Shown one piece after another: positions 18,924-30,029 of a stretch of 64,000 nt of DNA. This DNA is from Candidatus Anderseniibacteriota bacterium (GTDB lineage: Bacteria > Patescibacteriota > JAUYIX01). The stretch lies in NCBI GenBank assembly GCA_046350855.1, contig JAXLZM010000003.1, forward strand, positions 12,311 to 76,310, given 5' to 3'. A program made the position numbers and the translations under genes. The notes under the pieces were generated by a model that saw only the letters and a list, made by a program, of their open reading frames with translations, ran no database searches and was not told the DNA's origin. How positions within the stretch are numbered: position 1 is the first letter of the stretch; each line of letters opens with the position of its first letter.

Positions 18924-20927
18924 CTAGGCGGGAGTTTGCGACTCACGGGGACGGTCGAGCGGTGCGGGCGTTGGTTCAGCCTCAGTTGACTCGTCTGCGT
19001 CGGATACCGACTCACTGTGGCCGATCTCGTTTTGGGGTTCACCCGTGGGAGCCTCGGGGTCGTGCTTTTTGGGCGTCTCGGGAATATCGTCAAAGAGCTT
19101 AATAAAGGCAGCGCGCTCGATGGTCTCAACCTCGATCAACTTTTTGGCGATCTGGTCGAGCTTGGCACGATACTTTTTGACCAAGCCGAGTGCGACCTGG
19201 TACTGCTGGTCAATAAAGCGCTTGATCTCGCCATCGATTTTAGCGGCAATCGCCTCGGAGTAGTTGCGTTGTTCGCCAATCTCACGACCCAAAAAGACCA
19301 TCTCGTCTTTGTCACCGTAGGTAATAGGCCCGAGCGCCTCCGACATACCAAAATCGATCACTAGGCGGCGTGCCAGCTCGGTCGCATTACGTAAATCATT
19401 AGAGGCACCGGTCGTGACCTCACCAAAAACTTCTTTTTCGGTAATATAGCCGGCCAACATAACGGAGATGTCTTCCAAAAACTCAGCGCGGCCATGCATG
19501 TGACGATCCTCGGTCGGAACCTTAAGCGTGTAGCCGCCTGCCATCCCGCGTGAGATCAAAGAGACCTTATGCACCGGATCGGTATGTGGCAGCATGGTCG
19601 CGACTAGGGCGTGACCAGCCTCGTGGTAAGCCGTGATTTCTTTTTCTTTGGGCGACAAGATGTGGCTCTTGCGCTCGGGGCCGAGCATGACTTTTTCGAT
19701 CGAGCTCAAGATCTCAACCTGTCGGATCTTTTTGAGATTGCGGCGAGCGGCCAAAATGGCTGCCTCATTGAGTAAGTTCTCCAGATCTGCCCCAGTAAAG
19801 CCTGGCGTACGCTGCGCGGTCTCGTGTAAATCAACATCGCCCGCAAAGACCTTGTTGCGACCATGCACCGCAAGGATCGCCTCACGATCTTTGATGTCAG
19901 GGCGATCGATCACCACGCGGCGATCAAAACGACCCGGGCGCAGCAAAGCCGGATCTAAGACGTCCGGTCGGTTAGTCGCGGCCACCACGATCACATTGGT
20001 ATCGGTATCAAATCCATCCATCTCGACCAAAATCTGGTTGAGGGTTTGTTCGCGCTCATCGTGACTGCCGCCCAAACCAGCTCCGCGCTGCCGACCAACC
20101 GCATCGATTTCATCAATAAACACCAGCGACGGTGCCGTCTTTTTAGCTTTGCGAAACAAATCCCGCACGCGTGAGGCACCCACCCCCACAAACATCTCCA
20201 CAAACTCTGAGCCCGACAAATGGAAGAACGGCACATTGGCCTCCCCCGCTACCGCCCGTGCCAAAAGCGTCTTGCCGGTACCTGGGGCCCCAACCAAGAG
20301 CGCTCCTTTAGGAATCCGCGCGCCGAGATCCGTAAATTTAGCCGGGTGTTTTAAAAAGCTCACGATCTCTTTAAGTTCTTCCTTGGCCTCACGCATCCCC
20401 GCCACATCCTTAAACTTAATTTTTTTGCGGGTTGTCTCGGGTGTAGTCTCCCGCGCGCGCGTCTGGCCAAATGACAAGGCTCGTCGGTTGCCACTCTGGA
20501 CCGAGCGCAAGGTAAACCAGATAAATCCAGCAATCAGCAAAAACGGAATCAAAAACGGGAGGATCGTGTTGATAAAAAAGGTCCAACCCTCATTGTTGTT
20601 GACGTCGAGTTCTACCTTGGCGAGCTTGTCTTTGTTTACGCCCAAGCTGGTCAACTGCTCGGACAAGGCTGAACTCTGCTCTTTTTCGGCCTTTTGTTTG
20701 ACGCCGTCGGTGCGTTCGATGCGGAGTTCGTCCACGCGCACCTCAATTTTTTTGACCTTCTCGTCTTGGATCTCACTGACCAACTTTGAGAGCGTAATCT
20801 CCTCAGCAGAACTACCTGAGGTTTGGGTCATGGCAAAGGCCGCTGCCACGATCAAAAAAAGCACCACACTAATGAGGAGGTTTTTGACAAGGGAACGTGT
20901 CGGCGGTCGCAACTGTATTTGTGCCAT
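18924..20927 (-). CDS. ftsH: ATP-dependent zinc metalloprotease FtsH
   Basis: AAA+ Walker [12 protein letters not shown] region and zinc motif HEAGHA. Confidence 0.95.
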   Translation of the reverse strand: MAQIQLRPPTRSLVKNLLISVVLFLIVAAAFAMTQTSGSSAEEITLSKLVSEIQDEKVKKIEVRVDELRIERTDGVKQKAEKEQSSALSEQLTSLGVNKDKLAKVELDVNNNEGWTFFINTILPFLIPFLLIAGFIWFTLRSVQSGNRRALSFGQTRARETTPETTRKKIKFKDVAGMREAKEELKEIVSFLKHPAKFTDLGARIPKGALLVGAPGTGKTLLARAVAGEANVPFFHLSGSEFVEMFVGVGASRVRDLFRKAKKTAPSLVFIDEIDAVGRQRGAGLGGSHDEREQTLNQILVEMDGFDTDTNVIVVAATNRPDVLDPALLRPGRFDRRVVIDRPDIKDREAILAVHGRNKVFAGDVDLHETAQRTPGFTGADLENLLNEAAILAARRNLKKIRQVEILSSIEKVMLGPERKSHILSPKEKEITAYHEAGHALVATMLPHTDPVHKVSLISRGMAGGYTLKVPTEDRHMHGRAEFLEDISVMLAGYITEKEVFGEVTTGASNDLRNATELARRLVIDFGMSEALGPITYGDKDEMVFLGREIGEQRNYSEAIAAKIDGEIKRFIDQQYQVALGLVKKYRAKLDQIAKKLIEVETIERAAFIKLFDDIPETPKKHDPEAPTGEPQNEIGHSESVSDADESTEAEPTPAPLDRPRESQTPA

Positions 20928-20931
20928 CGTG

Positions 20932-21945
20932 CTAAAACGTGAGGCGCACGGTACCCTGCGAGCGGTGCAAAGTCAAGCGGCCACCCAGCGGAAATTTCAC
21001 ACCGCGCTCGTCTTGCGCGAGTCCGCGCAGGGCTTGTTCGAGCGCGCGTGAGTGACCGAGGCGCTGCCGAGGGGCCAGTCGATGCGTCATAGCCCGGACC
21101 AGACGTCGTTGCAGAGCGCGAGGTAGCTGCATGAGCTCTTGCGAGGCGATCGAGGCTTGGAGTACGGCTTGACCGGCGGGGCCAGACGTCTCGGTAGCCC
21201 GCTGCTCTTTGACGAGCTTACGATAGAGCGTGTCGGTCAGTTCTTGTAAAAAATGTTCATCCTCGGTGATTAACTGAGCGGACTCGACCAGTGTTTGGCC
21301 GAGGTTAGGATTAAAGTACTGATGCAGCATCGGCAGTAACACGTGACGCACCCGGTTACGCGCAAAGCGGAGGTCACGGTTGCTGGCGTCCTCTCGGTGG
21401 GGAATTCCCCGAGCGTGCGCATAGGCTCGCACCGTCTGCCGGCTCGCCCCGAGGAGCGGGCGAACAAACATACCCTCGCGGACCTGCATAGCGCTTAGTC
21501 CCGTTAGTCCACTGCCCCGTAGCAAACGCAGGAGTACTGTCTCAACCTGATCGTCTTGGGTATGCCCCAGCACGATCGCGTTGGCTTTGATCTCCGCCGC
21601 GGTCTCGCGCAAAAAACGGTAGCGGATCTCGCGCGCACGTTCTTCTAAATTGGGACTGGTCGGCTGCAGTGCGTTGGTCTGTTCAATATGCACAAACAAG
21701 CCGAGTTCCTTAGCCCGACGCCGTACCAGCCGCTCGTCCCGCTGACTGGCGAGACCTCGTAACCCGTAGTTGACGTGCGCCACGTGGAGCGTGAGCTCGC
21801 GGCTAGTCCGTAAGCAAGCCAAGAGCTCGAGCAGCACCATTGAGTCGGCCCCACCGGAGACCGCCACCACCAACGTCTCGCCATGCCGCAGGGACTCGTC
21901 CGCAAAGACGAGTTCGAGCGGGGTAGTGTGCGGGGCCTGAGCCAT
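20932..21945 (-). CDS. tilS: tRNA(Ile)-lysidine synthetase
   Basis: PP-loop [10 protein letters not shown]. The start was trimmed to MAQAPHTT, because the longer ORF overlaps rpsA. Confidence 0.85.
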   Translation of the reverse strand: MAQAPHTTPLELVFADESLRHGETLVVAVSGGADSMVLLELLACLRTSRELTLHVAHVNYGLRGLASQRDERLVRRRAKELGLFVHIEQTNALQPTSPNLEERAREIRYRFLRETAAEIKANAIVLGHTQDDQVETVLLRLLRGSGLTGLSAMQVREGMFVRPLLGASRQTVRAYAHARGIPHREDASNRDLRFARNRVRHVLLPMLHQYFNPNLGQTLVESAQLITEDEHFLQELTDTLYRKLVKEQRATETSGPAGQAVLQASIASQELMQLPRALQRRLVRAMTHRLAPRQRLGHSRALEQALRGLAQDERGVKFPLGGRLTLHRSQGTVRLTF

Positions 21946-21949
21946 TGGG

Positions 21950-23542
21950 TTAGGCCGCGGCCTTGTCCGACGTACCTGTCTTGGGCGCTTTAGCAGCCTT
22001 ACCGGCACGGGGCAACTTGGTGCGCTGCTTGTGCTTTTTCTCATCAAGCAAGGCTTTCTCGGATTTTTCTCCCATGACCTCCGGTATAACCACGTCCTCG
22101 GTTTTTTCTTCCTTAGCTTCTTTTTCGGCTTTCTTGGCGGCCATCTGCTCCATCTCCTCAATCGAGACTTTTTTGTGCTCCTTGGGCAGTTCTACCTTAA
22201 TGCCTGCGCGCTCGGCTTCGATGGCCTTGAGGGACAAACCCAGGCGGTGTTCACCCGGCTCGATGGACAAAATCTTGAACTCTTTTTTGTCACCCACAGC
22301 TACCACCTCAGCCGGATCTTTGATTTGCTTGAGAGAGAGCTCGCTGATGTGCACCAACCCGTGAATATCGTCGTCAAGTTGCACAAAGGCACCAAAGGGC
22401 GTGACCTTAGTGATACTACCGGTGACATTTTGACCGACCGAGTAGCGCTTGATGGCATCCAGCCACGGATCGCGCTGGAGCTTTTTCATGGACAAGCTGA
22501 TGCGCGAGCCGTCCAGACCGATAATCATGGCCTGCACTTTTTGACCGACCTTGAGCAGATCGCGTGGATCGTCGATGCGCTGCCAAGCCATCTCCGAGAT
22601 GTGCACCAAGCCCTCCAAATCATCAAACTGCACAAAGGCACCAAAGTCGACGATGCCCGTGACTTGTCCCTCGACGATGTCGCCGACGTGTAGCTTGTCA
22701 AAGAGTTCTTTCTTTTGCTCAAGTTGCGCAGCTTTCTCCGAGAAAATTAGTTTTTCCTCGGCCGGATCAGCATCCAAAATCTTAAGCATAAAGGTTTGAC
22801 CAATGTAGCTCTGGAGTCGCTCCAAAATACGCTGCTTATCACCGTCCTCAACACGCGGATAATGCTCGATAGTCAATTGCGAGACCGGGATAAAGCCCTG
22901 GACACCGGAGTAGACCACGATCAAGCCACCTTTGTTTGCATCCAAAATTTTAACCGGCAGAACTTCGCTTGCGGCTAGCTTCTCGAGGATCGTTTTCCAG
23001 ACCCGCTCGCGACCAGCACGGCGGAAGGACAGTTCCATGTCGCCGTTTTCGTTTTCGAGTTCGACCACCGAGGCTTCGATCGTGTCACCCGGTTGCAACT
23101 TAGAGTACTCGTCGAGTTCATCAAACAACTCACGGCCGCGCACCACACCGGTACCGTAGCCCTCGATCGAGAGACGGACCTCATTGGCCCCGCGGTCGAT
23201 CACTTTGGCTTTGACGGTGTCACCCGGTTGCGGGACAGCAAAAGCGGTCTGCTCTTTTTGGAACAGATCACGCATCGAATCTTTTTCTTTGGGCAGTTCT
23301 ACCTTTACCAAAGGCAACTCTGGCAGAACCCGCGCGCGCATAGCAGGATCTTCTTCGAGCGAGGCGCTAAAGCCGCGTCCACGACCACCACCCCGGCGAT
23401 TACCACGCATAAACGGCCGCGCGCGCGAAGGTTTTACGACCGCGCCGAGTGCTCCCGCACCGGCGGAGTCGGCGCCACCCGGGATCGTGCCCTTATCGAT
23501 GGAGGTTTGGAGTTTTTGTTCTGATGGATTTGGACGAGCCAT
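21950..23542 (-). CDS. rpsA: 30S ribosomal protein S1 with RGG-rich N-terminus and Lys/Ala/Glu-rich C-terminal tail
   Basis: Several S1 (OB) repeats (GDIVEGQVTGIVDFGAFV, GQNVTGSITKVTPFGAFV and others). Confidence 0.85.
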   Translation of the reverse strand: MARPNPSEQKLQTSIDKGTIPGGADSAGAGALGAVVKPSRARPFMRGNRRGGGRGRGFSASLEEDPAMRARVLPELPLVKVELPKEKDSMRDLFQKEQTAFAVPQPGDTVKAKVIDRGANEVRLSIEGYGTGVVRGRELFDELDEYSKLQPGDTIEASVVELENENGDMELSFRRAGRERVWKTILEKLAASEVLPVKILDANKGGLIVVYSGVQGFIPVSQLTIEHYPRVEDGDKQRILERLQSYIGQTFMLKILDADPAEEKLIFSEKAAQLEQKKELFDKLHVGDIVEGQVTGIVDFGAFVQFDDLEGLVHISEMAWQRIDDPRDLLKVGQKVQAMIIGLDGSRISLSMKKLQRDPWLDAIKRYSVGQNVTGSITKVTPFGAFVQLDDDIHGLVHISELSLKQIKDPAEVVAVGDKKEFKILSIEPGEHRLGLSLKAIEAERAGIKVELPKEHKKVSIEEMEQMAAKKAEKEAKEEKTEDVVIPEVMGEKSEKALLDEKKHKQRTKLPRAGKAAKAPKTGTSDKAAA

Positions 23543-23692
23543 AATAATAAACAGGCCAGGTTAGTGGTAAAGCGCCGTCTTGAGTCGTTTGGCCGTCCGT
23601 ACTCGAGCCGTGGCCTACGCAGTCCGTAGGCAATAAGTTGTAGGCGCACCCTACCCAAGTGTGTAGCCTACGTCAAGGGCGGATCAGGTTCT

Positions 23693-24628
23693 CTATATAA
23701 TGCTAACCGTGGTCAAAAACAAACAGCCGACGATGTTGGGCTGCGTGCTCTGATCCGAGTCGCAGGCACTGGTCAAATAGGTATTGCTAAATTTGTTCTC
23801 CAAAAGATACCCGGTGTAGGTCGAGCCACCCGGGGTCTGGGTCGTTTTGGAGCCTTCTTGCGCACTGAGTTGGATTCCGTCCGTACCGTTGAGGATGATA
23901 GATTGTTCGGCCACTGTATTAATGAGGCCAGCACCGGCACTCTCCTGCAACACTTGAGTAGGTAGGTGCGAGACAAAGCGGTTGCGCTGTAAATCGCTGT
24001 GGGTCGGCCCCGCGCCGCGCGACCCGACCGAACCCTCCGGCGTATAGAGGTACACCATGCCTGCCGGCTGCGCTTCGCCTTTTTTAAAGATACCGACCCC
24101 CAGATAGGTCTTGTCGTCATTGAGCTGCGCCAAGTCTCCGCTGTTCTCAAAAACTTTTACCTCGTAATCGATCGGGTACCTAAAGGACAGATGGTGCTCG
24201 GTGTCGGTATAGACCTGCCAATCGGCCGTTTTAGGATCAGGCGTAATGCCGGAGATGCTGGGTGCCGTACCGGTCCCCGGGGTGGTCTTACTGCTTGACC
24301 CGCCGCTCGTGCCACTCTGTTGCAACTGCGCCAATTGATTTTCGAGAACCGCTACGCGTGACTCAAGCTGACCGCGGGCCGTCTCAGACTCGTTGAGGCG
24401 CGGTGTAAAAACCAATAGGTCGCCCACAAAATAGCCGGCTAGACCCCCCAGCAACAGTCCGATCAACAAAAAAACAATGCACAAGAGCCAGTTGGTGCGC
24501 GTTTTAGGTGGCTCCGAAAACTGCGACGGTTTAGTGGAGCTTGGAGGGGCAAACGTGGGAGTCGACAGTGGGGCCGGGTTGCCTGGCATCGTAAAGGGGC
24601 TCGGTACCTGCGGGGAAGTGGGTTCCAT
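23693..24628 (-). CDS. Hypothetical membrane-anchored protein (Pro-rich N-terminus, TM, coiled coil, extracytoplasmic domain)
   Basis: Start set to MEPTSPQ (24628) to avoid a divergent overlap with the gene at 24660. No domain recognised. Confidence 0.45.
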   Translation of the reverse strand: MEPTSPQVPSPFTMPGNPAPLSTPTFAPPSSTKPSQFSEPPKTRTNWLLCIVFLLIGLLLGGLAGYFVGDLLVFTPRLNESETARGQLESRVAVLENQLAQLQQSGTSGGSSSKTTPGTGTAPSISGITPDPKTADWQVYTDTEHHLSFRYPIDYEVKVFENSGDLAQLNDDKTYLGVGIFKKGEAQPAGMVYLYTPEGSVGSRGAGPTHSDLQRNRFVSHLPTQVLQESAGAGLINTVAEQSIILNGTDGIQLSAQEGSKTTQTPGGSTYTGYLLENKFSNTYLTSACDSDQSTQPNIVGCLFLTTVSII

Positions 24629-24659
24629 GGGGCGAGTATAGCATGCTAAACTACGCCCC

Positions 24660-25310
24660 ATGAACATCACCTGGCACGGCGAAGGCATGATTAAGGTGGT
24701 CGGCAAAACCGATCAGCCGGTTACGATCGTGATCGACCCATTCTCCGAAAAAGAAACCGGACTCCGCCCTCCCCGCCCGGAGGCCGATCTCGTTTTAGTC
24801 AGTAGCAACCGTCCCGAATCTGGCAACGTCGAGACCATCCAAGGTCAACCCGTCGTGATCAACTCGGCCGGCGAGTACGACGTCAAAGGCATTACCATCC
24901 GGGGGATACCTTCGTTTCATGACGGGGTTCAAGGTAAAAAGTATGGGGAGAACACGATCTACGTGGTGCAATTGGAGGGCATTACTCTCTGCCACTTGGG
25001 CTGCCTCGGCCACGCTCTGACCGAGCGTCAGGTCTCGGACATCGGTGACTGTGATGTATTGTTTGTTCCGATTGGAGGCGACCGCACCATGGACACCAAG
25101 ACGGCCGTCGAGGTGATCAACGAAATCGAGCCGCGTGTCGTGGTGCCCACCCACTTTGCGCTGCCCAAGCTTAAGTACAAACTTAGTCCGGCAGAACCGT
25201 TTCTTAAAGAAATGGGAGCTTCAAAAGTGGCGGCCGAACCGCGGTTCAAACTAAAGAAGAGTGACTTACCCAAAGAGGAGACGCACGTCGTACTCCTCGC
25301 TAAAGAATAA
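24660..25310 (+). CDS. MBL-fold metallo-hydrolase (UPF0173/Lactamase_B_3-like)
   Basis: Typical length and beta-lactamase-fold motifs (HLGCLGH, VVVPTHF). Confidence 0.6.
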   Translation: MNITWHGEGMIKVVGKTDQPVTIVIDPFSEKETGLRPPRPEADLVLVSSNRPESGNVETIQGQPVVINSAGEYDVKGITIRGIPSFHDGVQGKKYGENTIYVVQLEGITLCHLGCLGHALTERQVSDIGDCDVLFVPIGGDRTMDTKTAVEVINEIEPRVVVPTHFALPKLKYKLSPAEPFLKEMGASKVAAEPRFKLKKSDLPKEETHVVLLAKE

Positions 25311-25322
25311 CTAATAAGGACC

Positions 25323-25949
25323 ATGCCCACACTATCTGCGATCAACCCGGTCGCACCCCGCGCACAAATTTTAATCCCAACCGTGATCGAAAAATCACAG
25401 TTTGGCGAGCGTGCCTACGATATTTACTCCCGCTTGCTCAAGGAGCGCATCATTTTTTTGGGAACCCAAGTGGATGACACGGTGGCCAACTTGATCATCG
25501 CTCAAATGCTCTTTTTGGAGTCGGAGGATAAAGAAAAACCGATCAGCCTCTATATCAATAGCCCGGGCGGCAGCGTCACGGCGGGCCTCGCGATCTACGA
25601 CACGATGCAGTACATCAAACCCGAGGTGCACACGATTTGCGTTGGAATGGCTGCCTCGATGGCGGCGGTCTTGCTCTGCTCGGGTCAAGCCGGTAAGCGC
25701 TACGCGTTGCCCAACTCGGAGGTCATGATCCACCAAGTCATGGGGGGTGCGCAGGGACAAGCCACGGATATTCAGATTCACGCTAAAGAGATTTTGCGCA
25801 TCAAAGAGCTAACCAATCGGATTATCGCCAAACACTCCGGTCAAAAACTGGACAAAGTCACACAGGACACCGAGCGCGATAACTTTATGACCGCTACGGA
25901 TGCCAAAAAGTACGGACTGATCGACAAGATCATTACGCAACACACCTAA
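25323..25949 (+). CDS. clpP: ATP-dependent Clp protease proteolytic subunit
   Basis: Catalytic Ser in GMAASMAA, His in MIHQ, and the [12 protein letters not shown] motif. Confidence 0.95.
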   Translation: MPTLSAINPVAPRAQILIPTVIEKSQFGERAYDIYSRLLKERIIFLGTQVDDTVANLIIAQMLFLESEDKEKPISLYINSPGGSVTAGLAIYDTMQYIKPEVHTICVGMAASMAAVLLCSGQAGKRYALPNSEVMIHQVMGGAQGQATDIQIHAKEILRIKELTNRIIAKHSGQKLDKVTQDTERDNFMTATDAKKYGLIDKIITQHT

Positions 25950-25971
25950 CTCCTCACGCTAACCTCCCCGG

Positions 25972-26922
25972 ATGAACCACTCCCCTACATCCCGCCGCCT
26001 GCTGACCCTCGCCTTAGGGGTGGTCTTAGGGGGGTTAGTGTTGTTCGCGGCGGCCGCACCAGCCCTGGCCCAAACCGAAGGTCGCACGACGAGTAACGGG
26101 TTAGTGCAATGTTCGTCCACTCTCTCGCAAGAGGCAGGGCAACTCAAACCGTGTGATCTATGTGATCTCTTTAAACTAATTAACAACGGCACTTTTTACG
26201 CGGTCTCATTTTTGTTGGCGATCGCCACGGTAATAGCCTTGGTATCCGGATTTTTGTACGTAACAGCTGCGGGTGACGAGCACCGTATTACGCAAGCCAA
26301 AACCAGCCTCAAGTTTGCGATCGTTGGATTTATTTTTGCCATGCTGGCGGGAATCATCGTCAAAACGGTCGTAGTCAACGTGTTTCCCGGAGAGAGCCCC
26401 GGCCTTGGCACGTTTACCTGCCAAATCACAGAGGCCAGTGACGCCCCGGGTTCTGGCGGGAACACGGGCGGTGGTGGAGGTAGTCCCGGGACCGGGAACA
26501 ATCCTCCTCCACCCGGTGGTGGTTTTTCGGGCACCTTGACCGATGCCGAGGCGCGTAAGCAGCTGGCCGGCAGTGGCATTGATATAAAGAGCGGCGCCTC
26601 GCTGGAGGGGATCCGGCAGAGCACGATCGATGGCATTAAACGCCTAAAGGCTGAGTGTCCGACCTGCAAAATCACCATTACGAGCGGCACCGACGGTACC
26701 CATGACACTGGGACTTACAGCCACGGTAACGGCTACAAGCTAGACCTGCGGCTCGACCAATCTCTGACGTCCTATATCCGAACCAACTACACCGGTATTG
26801 GGGTCAGAAAAGGCGATAATGCACCGCTCTATCGGGACTCGCTCGGTAACGTGTACGCCTACGAGGGTGACCATTGGGATGTGGTCTACTGTTACGGCTC
26901 GTGCTCCGGCGGCGTTAAATAA
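25972..26922 (+). CDS. Secreted/membrane protein: signal peptide, two-TM pilin-like (VirB2/TrbC-like) segment, Gly/Pro-rich linker, C-terminal domain with possible LAS/M15-like metal motif
   Basis: Signal peptide plus two hydrophobic helices, GGGGGSPGTGNNPPPPGGG linker, and C-terminal SHGNGYKLDL...EGDHWD. The assignment is weak. Confidence 0.35.
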   Translation: MNHSPTSRRLLTLALGVVLGGLVLFAAAAPALAQTEGRTTSNGLVQCSSTLSQEAGQLKPCDLCDLFKLINNGTFYAVSFLLAIATVIALVSGFLYVTAAGDEHRITQAKTSLKFAIVGFIFAMLAGIIVKTVVVNVFPGESPGLGTFTCQITEASDAPGSGGNTGGGGGSPGTGNNPPPPGGGFSGTLTDAEARKQLAGSGIDIKSGASLEGIRQSTIDGIKRLKAECPTCKITITSGTDGTHDTGTYSHGNGYKLDLRLDQSLTSYIRTNYTGIGVRKGDNAPLYRDSLGNVYAYEGDHWDVVYCYGSCSGGVK

Positions 26923-26950
26923 AAGGTAGCAGGATCGTAAAAAAGAGGTC

Positions 26951-26979
26951 TTGATTTACAAAGCGAGCCGTGGTATGAC
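26951..26979 (+). promoter_or_regulatory. Candidate sigma70-like promoter (TTGATT, 17 nt, TATGAC) upstream of rny; shares the 14-mer CTTGATTnACAAAG with 57582..57595
   Basis: Hexamer spacing of 17 nt. Motif shared with a second site upstream of the gene at 57692. Confidence 0.3.
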
Positions 26980-27205
26980 CCAGGGAGTGTTTTGGTTGTT
27001 CCGCAAACTATCTAACTACTAAATGACTACGAGACGACTCAAAAATCTGACGCGCTTTCTCCCCGCCACCACCTTTCTAAGTGGGTTACACATTCGTTTG
27101 GCAGAACTGGGAAAGATTTTGTTTAGGGGCGAGTGAGCAGCGGGCAGTAGCGGTTCTACCGGCTACTGCGGCGCTGTAACTGGCAAAAGAGCGTCGGGCT
27201 AAAAG

Positions 27206-28771
27206 TTGCTCGATACACAAATGGAAATACTCATTGGGATTATCGGAGTAGCGGTCGGTGTGGGCGCAGGTTTTGTCGTGCGCCAGCAGCTGGCCAGTAA
27301 AAAAGCGAGTGGCGCGGAGCAGCGCGCCAACAAGATGCTCGAGCAAGCTAAGCAGCAGGAGCACGAGCTGCTGCTCAAGGCCAAGGAGCAGGCACTCAAA
27401 GTGAGCGAGGGCGCTAAGCACGAAGAAGCTGCGCGTCGCGACAAGATTACGCAGCTCGAAGCGCGTCTCGAAAAACGCGAGGGGGCCTTGGAGCAAAAAA
27501 TCGAGCTGACCGAAAAAGAGCGTCAGCAGTTGCAAGAGACCAAAAAGCAGTTACAAGAGGTGCAAGATACAGTACTGGCCGAACAAAAGCAGGCTTTGGC
27601 CAAAGTGGATGAGGTTAAGGCACAGCAACTCGAGCGTCTCGAGAAGATCGCCTCGTTGCCTAAAGATCGCGCTGAGCAGCTGGTAATGGAGTTGACCGAG
27701 CAGCGTATGAAAGACCGCGTTTTATCTGCAATCAAGCGCTCCGAGAACTACTACGAGCAAGAAAAAGAACGTCTGGCTAAGCGCATCATCGCCATGGCGA
27801 TCTGGCGCATGGCCAGCGAGGTCACGACCGAGCACTCGACTAGTACGATTCAGCTACCGAGTGAGGACATGAAAGGCCGCATCATCGGTCGCGAAGGCCG
27901 CAACATCAAGCACCTCGAAAATCTAACCGGGGTCGAGTTGCTTGTCGACGAGACACCCAATGCAATCGTAATCTCCGGGTTCTCGGCGATTCGTCGTTAC
28001 GTAGCCAAACTGGCTATCGAGCGTTTGATGGCTGACGGTCGTATTCATCCAGGACATATTGAAGACGCGGTCAAACAGGCTAAGCGCGATGTACAAAAGC
28101 GGATCAACGATGCAGGACAGGCCGCGCTCACCGAGGTTGGTATGCAGCACGTGCATCCTAAGTTGGCTGAGGTTGCTGGACGATTACTGTTCCGCACCAG
28201 CTACGGGCAGAACCAGCTCAAGCACGCCGTGGAGGTAGCCCACTTGGCACGTCTGATGGCGACCGAGCTCGGTGCGGATGTGACGGTTTGTACGCAGGCC
28301 GGCTTTTTGCACGATATCGGTAAGGCCATTGACCATGAGGTCCAAGGTACGCACATCGAGATCGGTAAACAGCTCATGAAGAAATTTGGTTTCTCGGATG
28401 CGACGATTGCTGCCGCCGGTACCCACGACAAAGATCATGAGATGAAGACTCCCGAGGAGTGGATTGTAGCCGCCGCAGATGCCATCTCGGCCGCGCGTCC
28501 AGGCGCACGCCGCAACACCGTGACCGAGTACATCAAGCGCGTGAGCGAGCTCGAGAAGTTGGCAGCAGCGTTTGAAGGTGTCGACAACGTCTTTGCCATC
28601 GAAGCTGGACGCGAGGTACGCGTAATGGTTAAGCCCGAGTTGATCGATGACCTCAAGGCCAAAAAGTTGGCCCAGGCCATTAGCGATCGCATCGAGCAAG
28701 AGCTCACCTACCCAGGCGAGATTAAGGTCAGCGTGATCCGCGAGACGCGCGCGGTTGATTACGCCCGTTAA
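27206..28771 (+). CDS. rny: Ribonuclease Y
   Basis: N-terminal TM, coiled coil, KH domain (GRIIGREGRNIK) and HD domain (HDIGKA...). Confidence 0.9.
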   Translation: MLDTQMEILIGIIGVAVGVGAGFVVRQQLASKKASGAEQRANKMLEQAKQQEHELLLKAKEQALKVSEGAKHEEAARRDKITQLEARLEKREGALEQKIELTEKERQQLQETKKQLQEVQDTVLAEQKQALAKVDEVKAQQLERLEKIASLPKDRAEQLVMELTEQRMKDRVLSAIKRSENYYEQEKERLAKRIIAMAIWRMASEVTTEHSTSTIQLPSEDMKGRIIGREGRNIKHLENLTGVELLVDETPNAIVISGFSAIRRYVAKLAIERLMADGRIHPGHIEDAVKQAKRDVQKRINDAGQAALTEVGMQHVHPKLAEVAGRLLFRTSYGQNQLKHAVEVAHLARLMATELGADVTVCTQAGFLHDIGKAIDHEVQGTHIEIGKQLMKKFGFSDATIAAAGTHDKDHEMKTPEEWIVAAADAISAARPGARRNTVTEYIKRVSELEKLAAAFEGVDNVFAIEAGREVRVMVKPELIDDLKAKKLAQAISDRIEQELTYPGEIKVSVIRETRAVDYAR

Positions 28772-28819
28772 TTTCCGGATGAACCACCGGGTCGCCTACA
28801 TGCGGCCCATCCTGACCTC

Positions 28820-29632
28820 ATGAAAATCTTGTTCATCGGAGACATCGTTGGTAAGCCTGGGCGACGCGCCGTCGCCCAGGCTTTGCCAGAGTTACGCAAA
28901 AAAAATGACATCGATCTGGTCATCGCTAACGGGGAAAACAGTGCCCACGGTCGAGGTGTCACCAAATCAACACTCAACGAACTCTTTGCAGCTGGTGTTG
29001 ACCTTGTGACCAGCGGTAACCATTGGTTTGACCAACCAGAGGCTAAAGCAATCGTGGCGGATACCACGATCCCCTTTATACGACCGGCCAACTATCCGGC
29101 CGGTACGATCGGGAGTGGCTACCGCCTGGTAACGGTTCGAACTAAAAAAGTCTTGGTGATCAATTTGATGGGCCAAGTTTTTATGCACCAGGGTCTCGAC
29201 AACCCGTTTAAAAAGCTAGATGCACTTTTGCAAGAGACCGCGGCGCAAAAACCGGACGCGATTATCGTGGATTTTCATGCCGATGCAACGTCAGAGGCCA
29301 TGGCCTTTAGTTTTTATGCAGATGGCCGCATCAGTGCCGCCCTTGGCACCCACACGCACGTCCCCACCGATGACGCCATGCTCTTGCCCAAAGGCACGGG
29401 TCATGTCGCCGATGTCGGCATGGTCGGTCCACGTCTCTCGGTCCTCGGCATCGCGCCGCAGCAAATCATCAACCACTTTTTACACGACCAGCCTTTTAAA
29501 TGGGAGATTCCGGAGACGGGTGAGATCGTGCTCAACTATGCACTGGTAGAACTCGACGATAAACGTAACGACGTCGGTGTGCAGCTCTGCAAAAAAATCG
29601 AGCGCCACACCCAGATCATCACGCTCAAATAA
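28820..29632 (+). CDS. ymdB: YmdB-like metallophosphoesterase (2',3'-cyclic-nucleotide phosphodiesterase family, TIGR00282)
   Basis: MKILFIGDIVGKPGR...GENSAHGRG, with conserved synteny downstream of rny. Confidence 0.85.
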   Translation: MKILFIGDIVGKPGRRAVAQALPELRKKNDIDLVIANGENSAHGRGVTKSTLNELFAAGVDLVTSGNHWFDQPEAKAIVADTTIPFIRPANYPAGTIGSGYRLVTVRTKKVLVINLMGQVFMHQGLDNPFKKLDALLQETAAQKPDAIIVDFHADATSEAMAFSFYADGRISAALGTHTHVPTDDAMLLPKGTGHVADVGMVGPRLSVLGIAPQQIINHFLHDQPFKWEIPETGEIVLNYALVELDDKRNDVGVQLCKKIERHTQIITLK

Positions 29633-29706
29633 CTCTTGGCAAGCCACAAAATTGTGCTAGGCTAAGCCACGTTTGATTCTCAATAGATAAAAACCACCTC
29701 ACTCAC

Positions 29707-29982
29707 ATGAACAAAAAAGAACTTATCGATGCCATCGCCGAAAAACTCAACGGCAACCGCAAAACGATCAGCGACACCCTCGACACCATGGAGAGCGTCG
29801 TGATGGATCAGCTGCGCGCGGGTAATGAGGTGAGCCTGACGGGGTTTGGGATTTTTCATGTGGCGGTCCGCAAGGCCCGCGCCGGGGTGAACCCACGCAA
29901 CCCACAGCAAAAGATTCAGATCCCAGAGGTTAAGGTGCCTAAGTTCCGCCCAGGCAAGACCCTCAAAGAGGCGGTTCGCTAG
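29707..29982 (+). CDS. hup: DNA-binding protein HU
   Basis: MNKKELIDAIAEK...GFGIFHVAVRKARAGVNPRNPQQKIQIP. Confidence 0.9.
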   Translation: MNKKELIDAIAEKLNGNRKTISDTLDTMESVVMDQLRAGNEVSLTGFGIFHVAVRKARAGVNPRNPQQKIQIPEVKVPKFRPGKTLKEAVR

Positions 29983-30029
29983 AGCAACTGCTAGGCGCAA
30001 CGCAGCGAACCTGTTAGCCTAGCCACTAA

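Noticed and set aside
23543-23692. Structured 150-nt leader upstream of rpsA (hairpin GCCTACGGACTGCGTAGGC) as an autoregulatory S1-binding element
   Set aside because: It is plausible, but there is no sequence-level evidence beyond a single hairpin and no recognisable pseudoknot motif. Left unannotated.
27086-27535. 149-aa ORF antisense to the 5' end of rny, together with many other 60-220-aa ORFs antisense to or overlapping confident genes (for example 22031..22693, 33397..34089, 46089..46748, 54493..55278, 56712..57209, 35017..35519)
   Set aside because: They lie entirely inside well-supported genes on the opposite strand or in another frame. Their composition is typical of GC-rich wrong-frame translation (Arg/Ser/Pro-rich). 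No RBS or domain signal.
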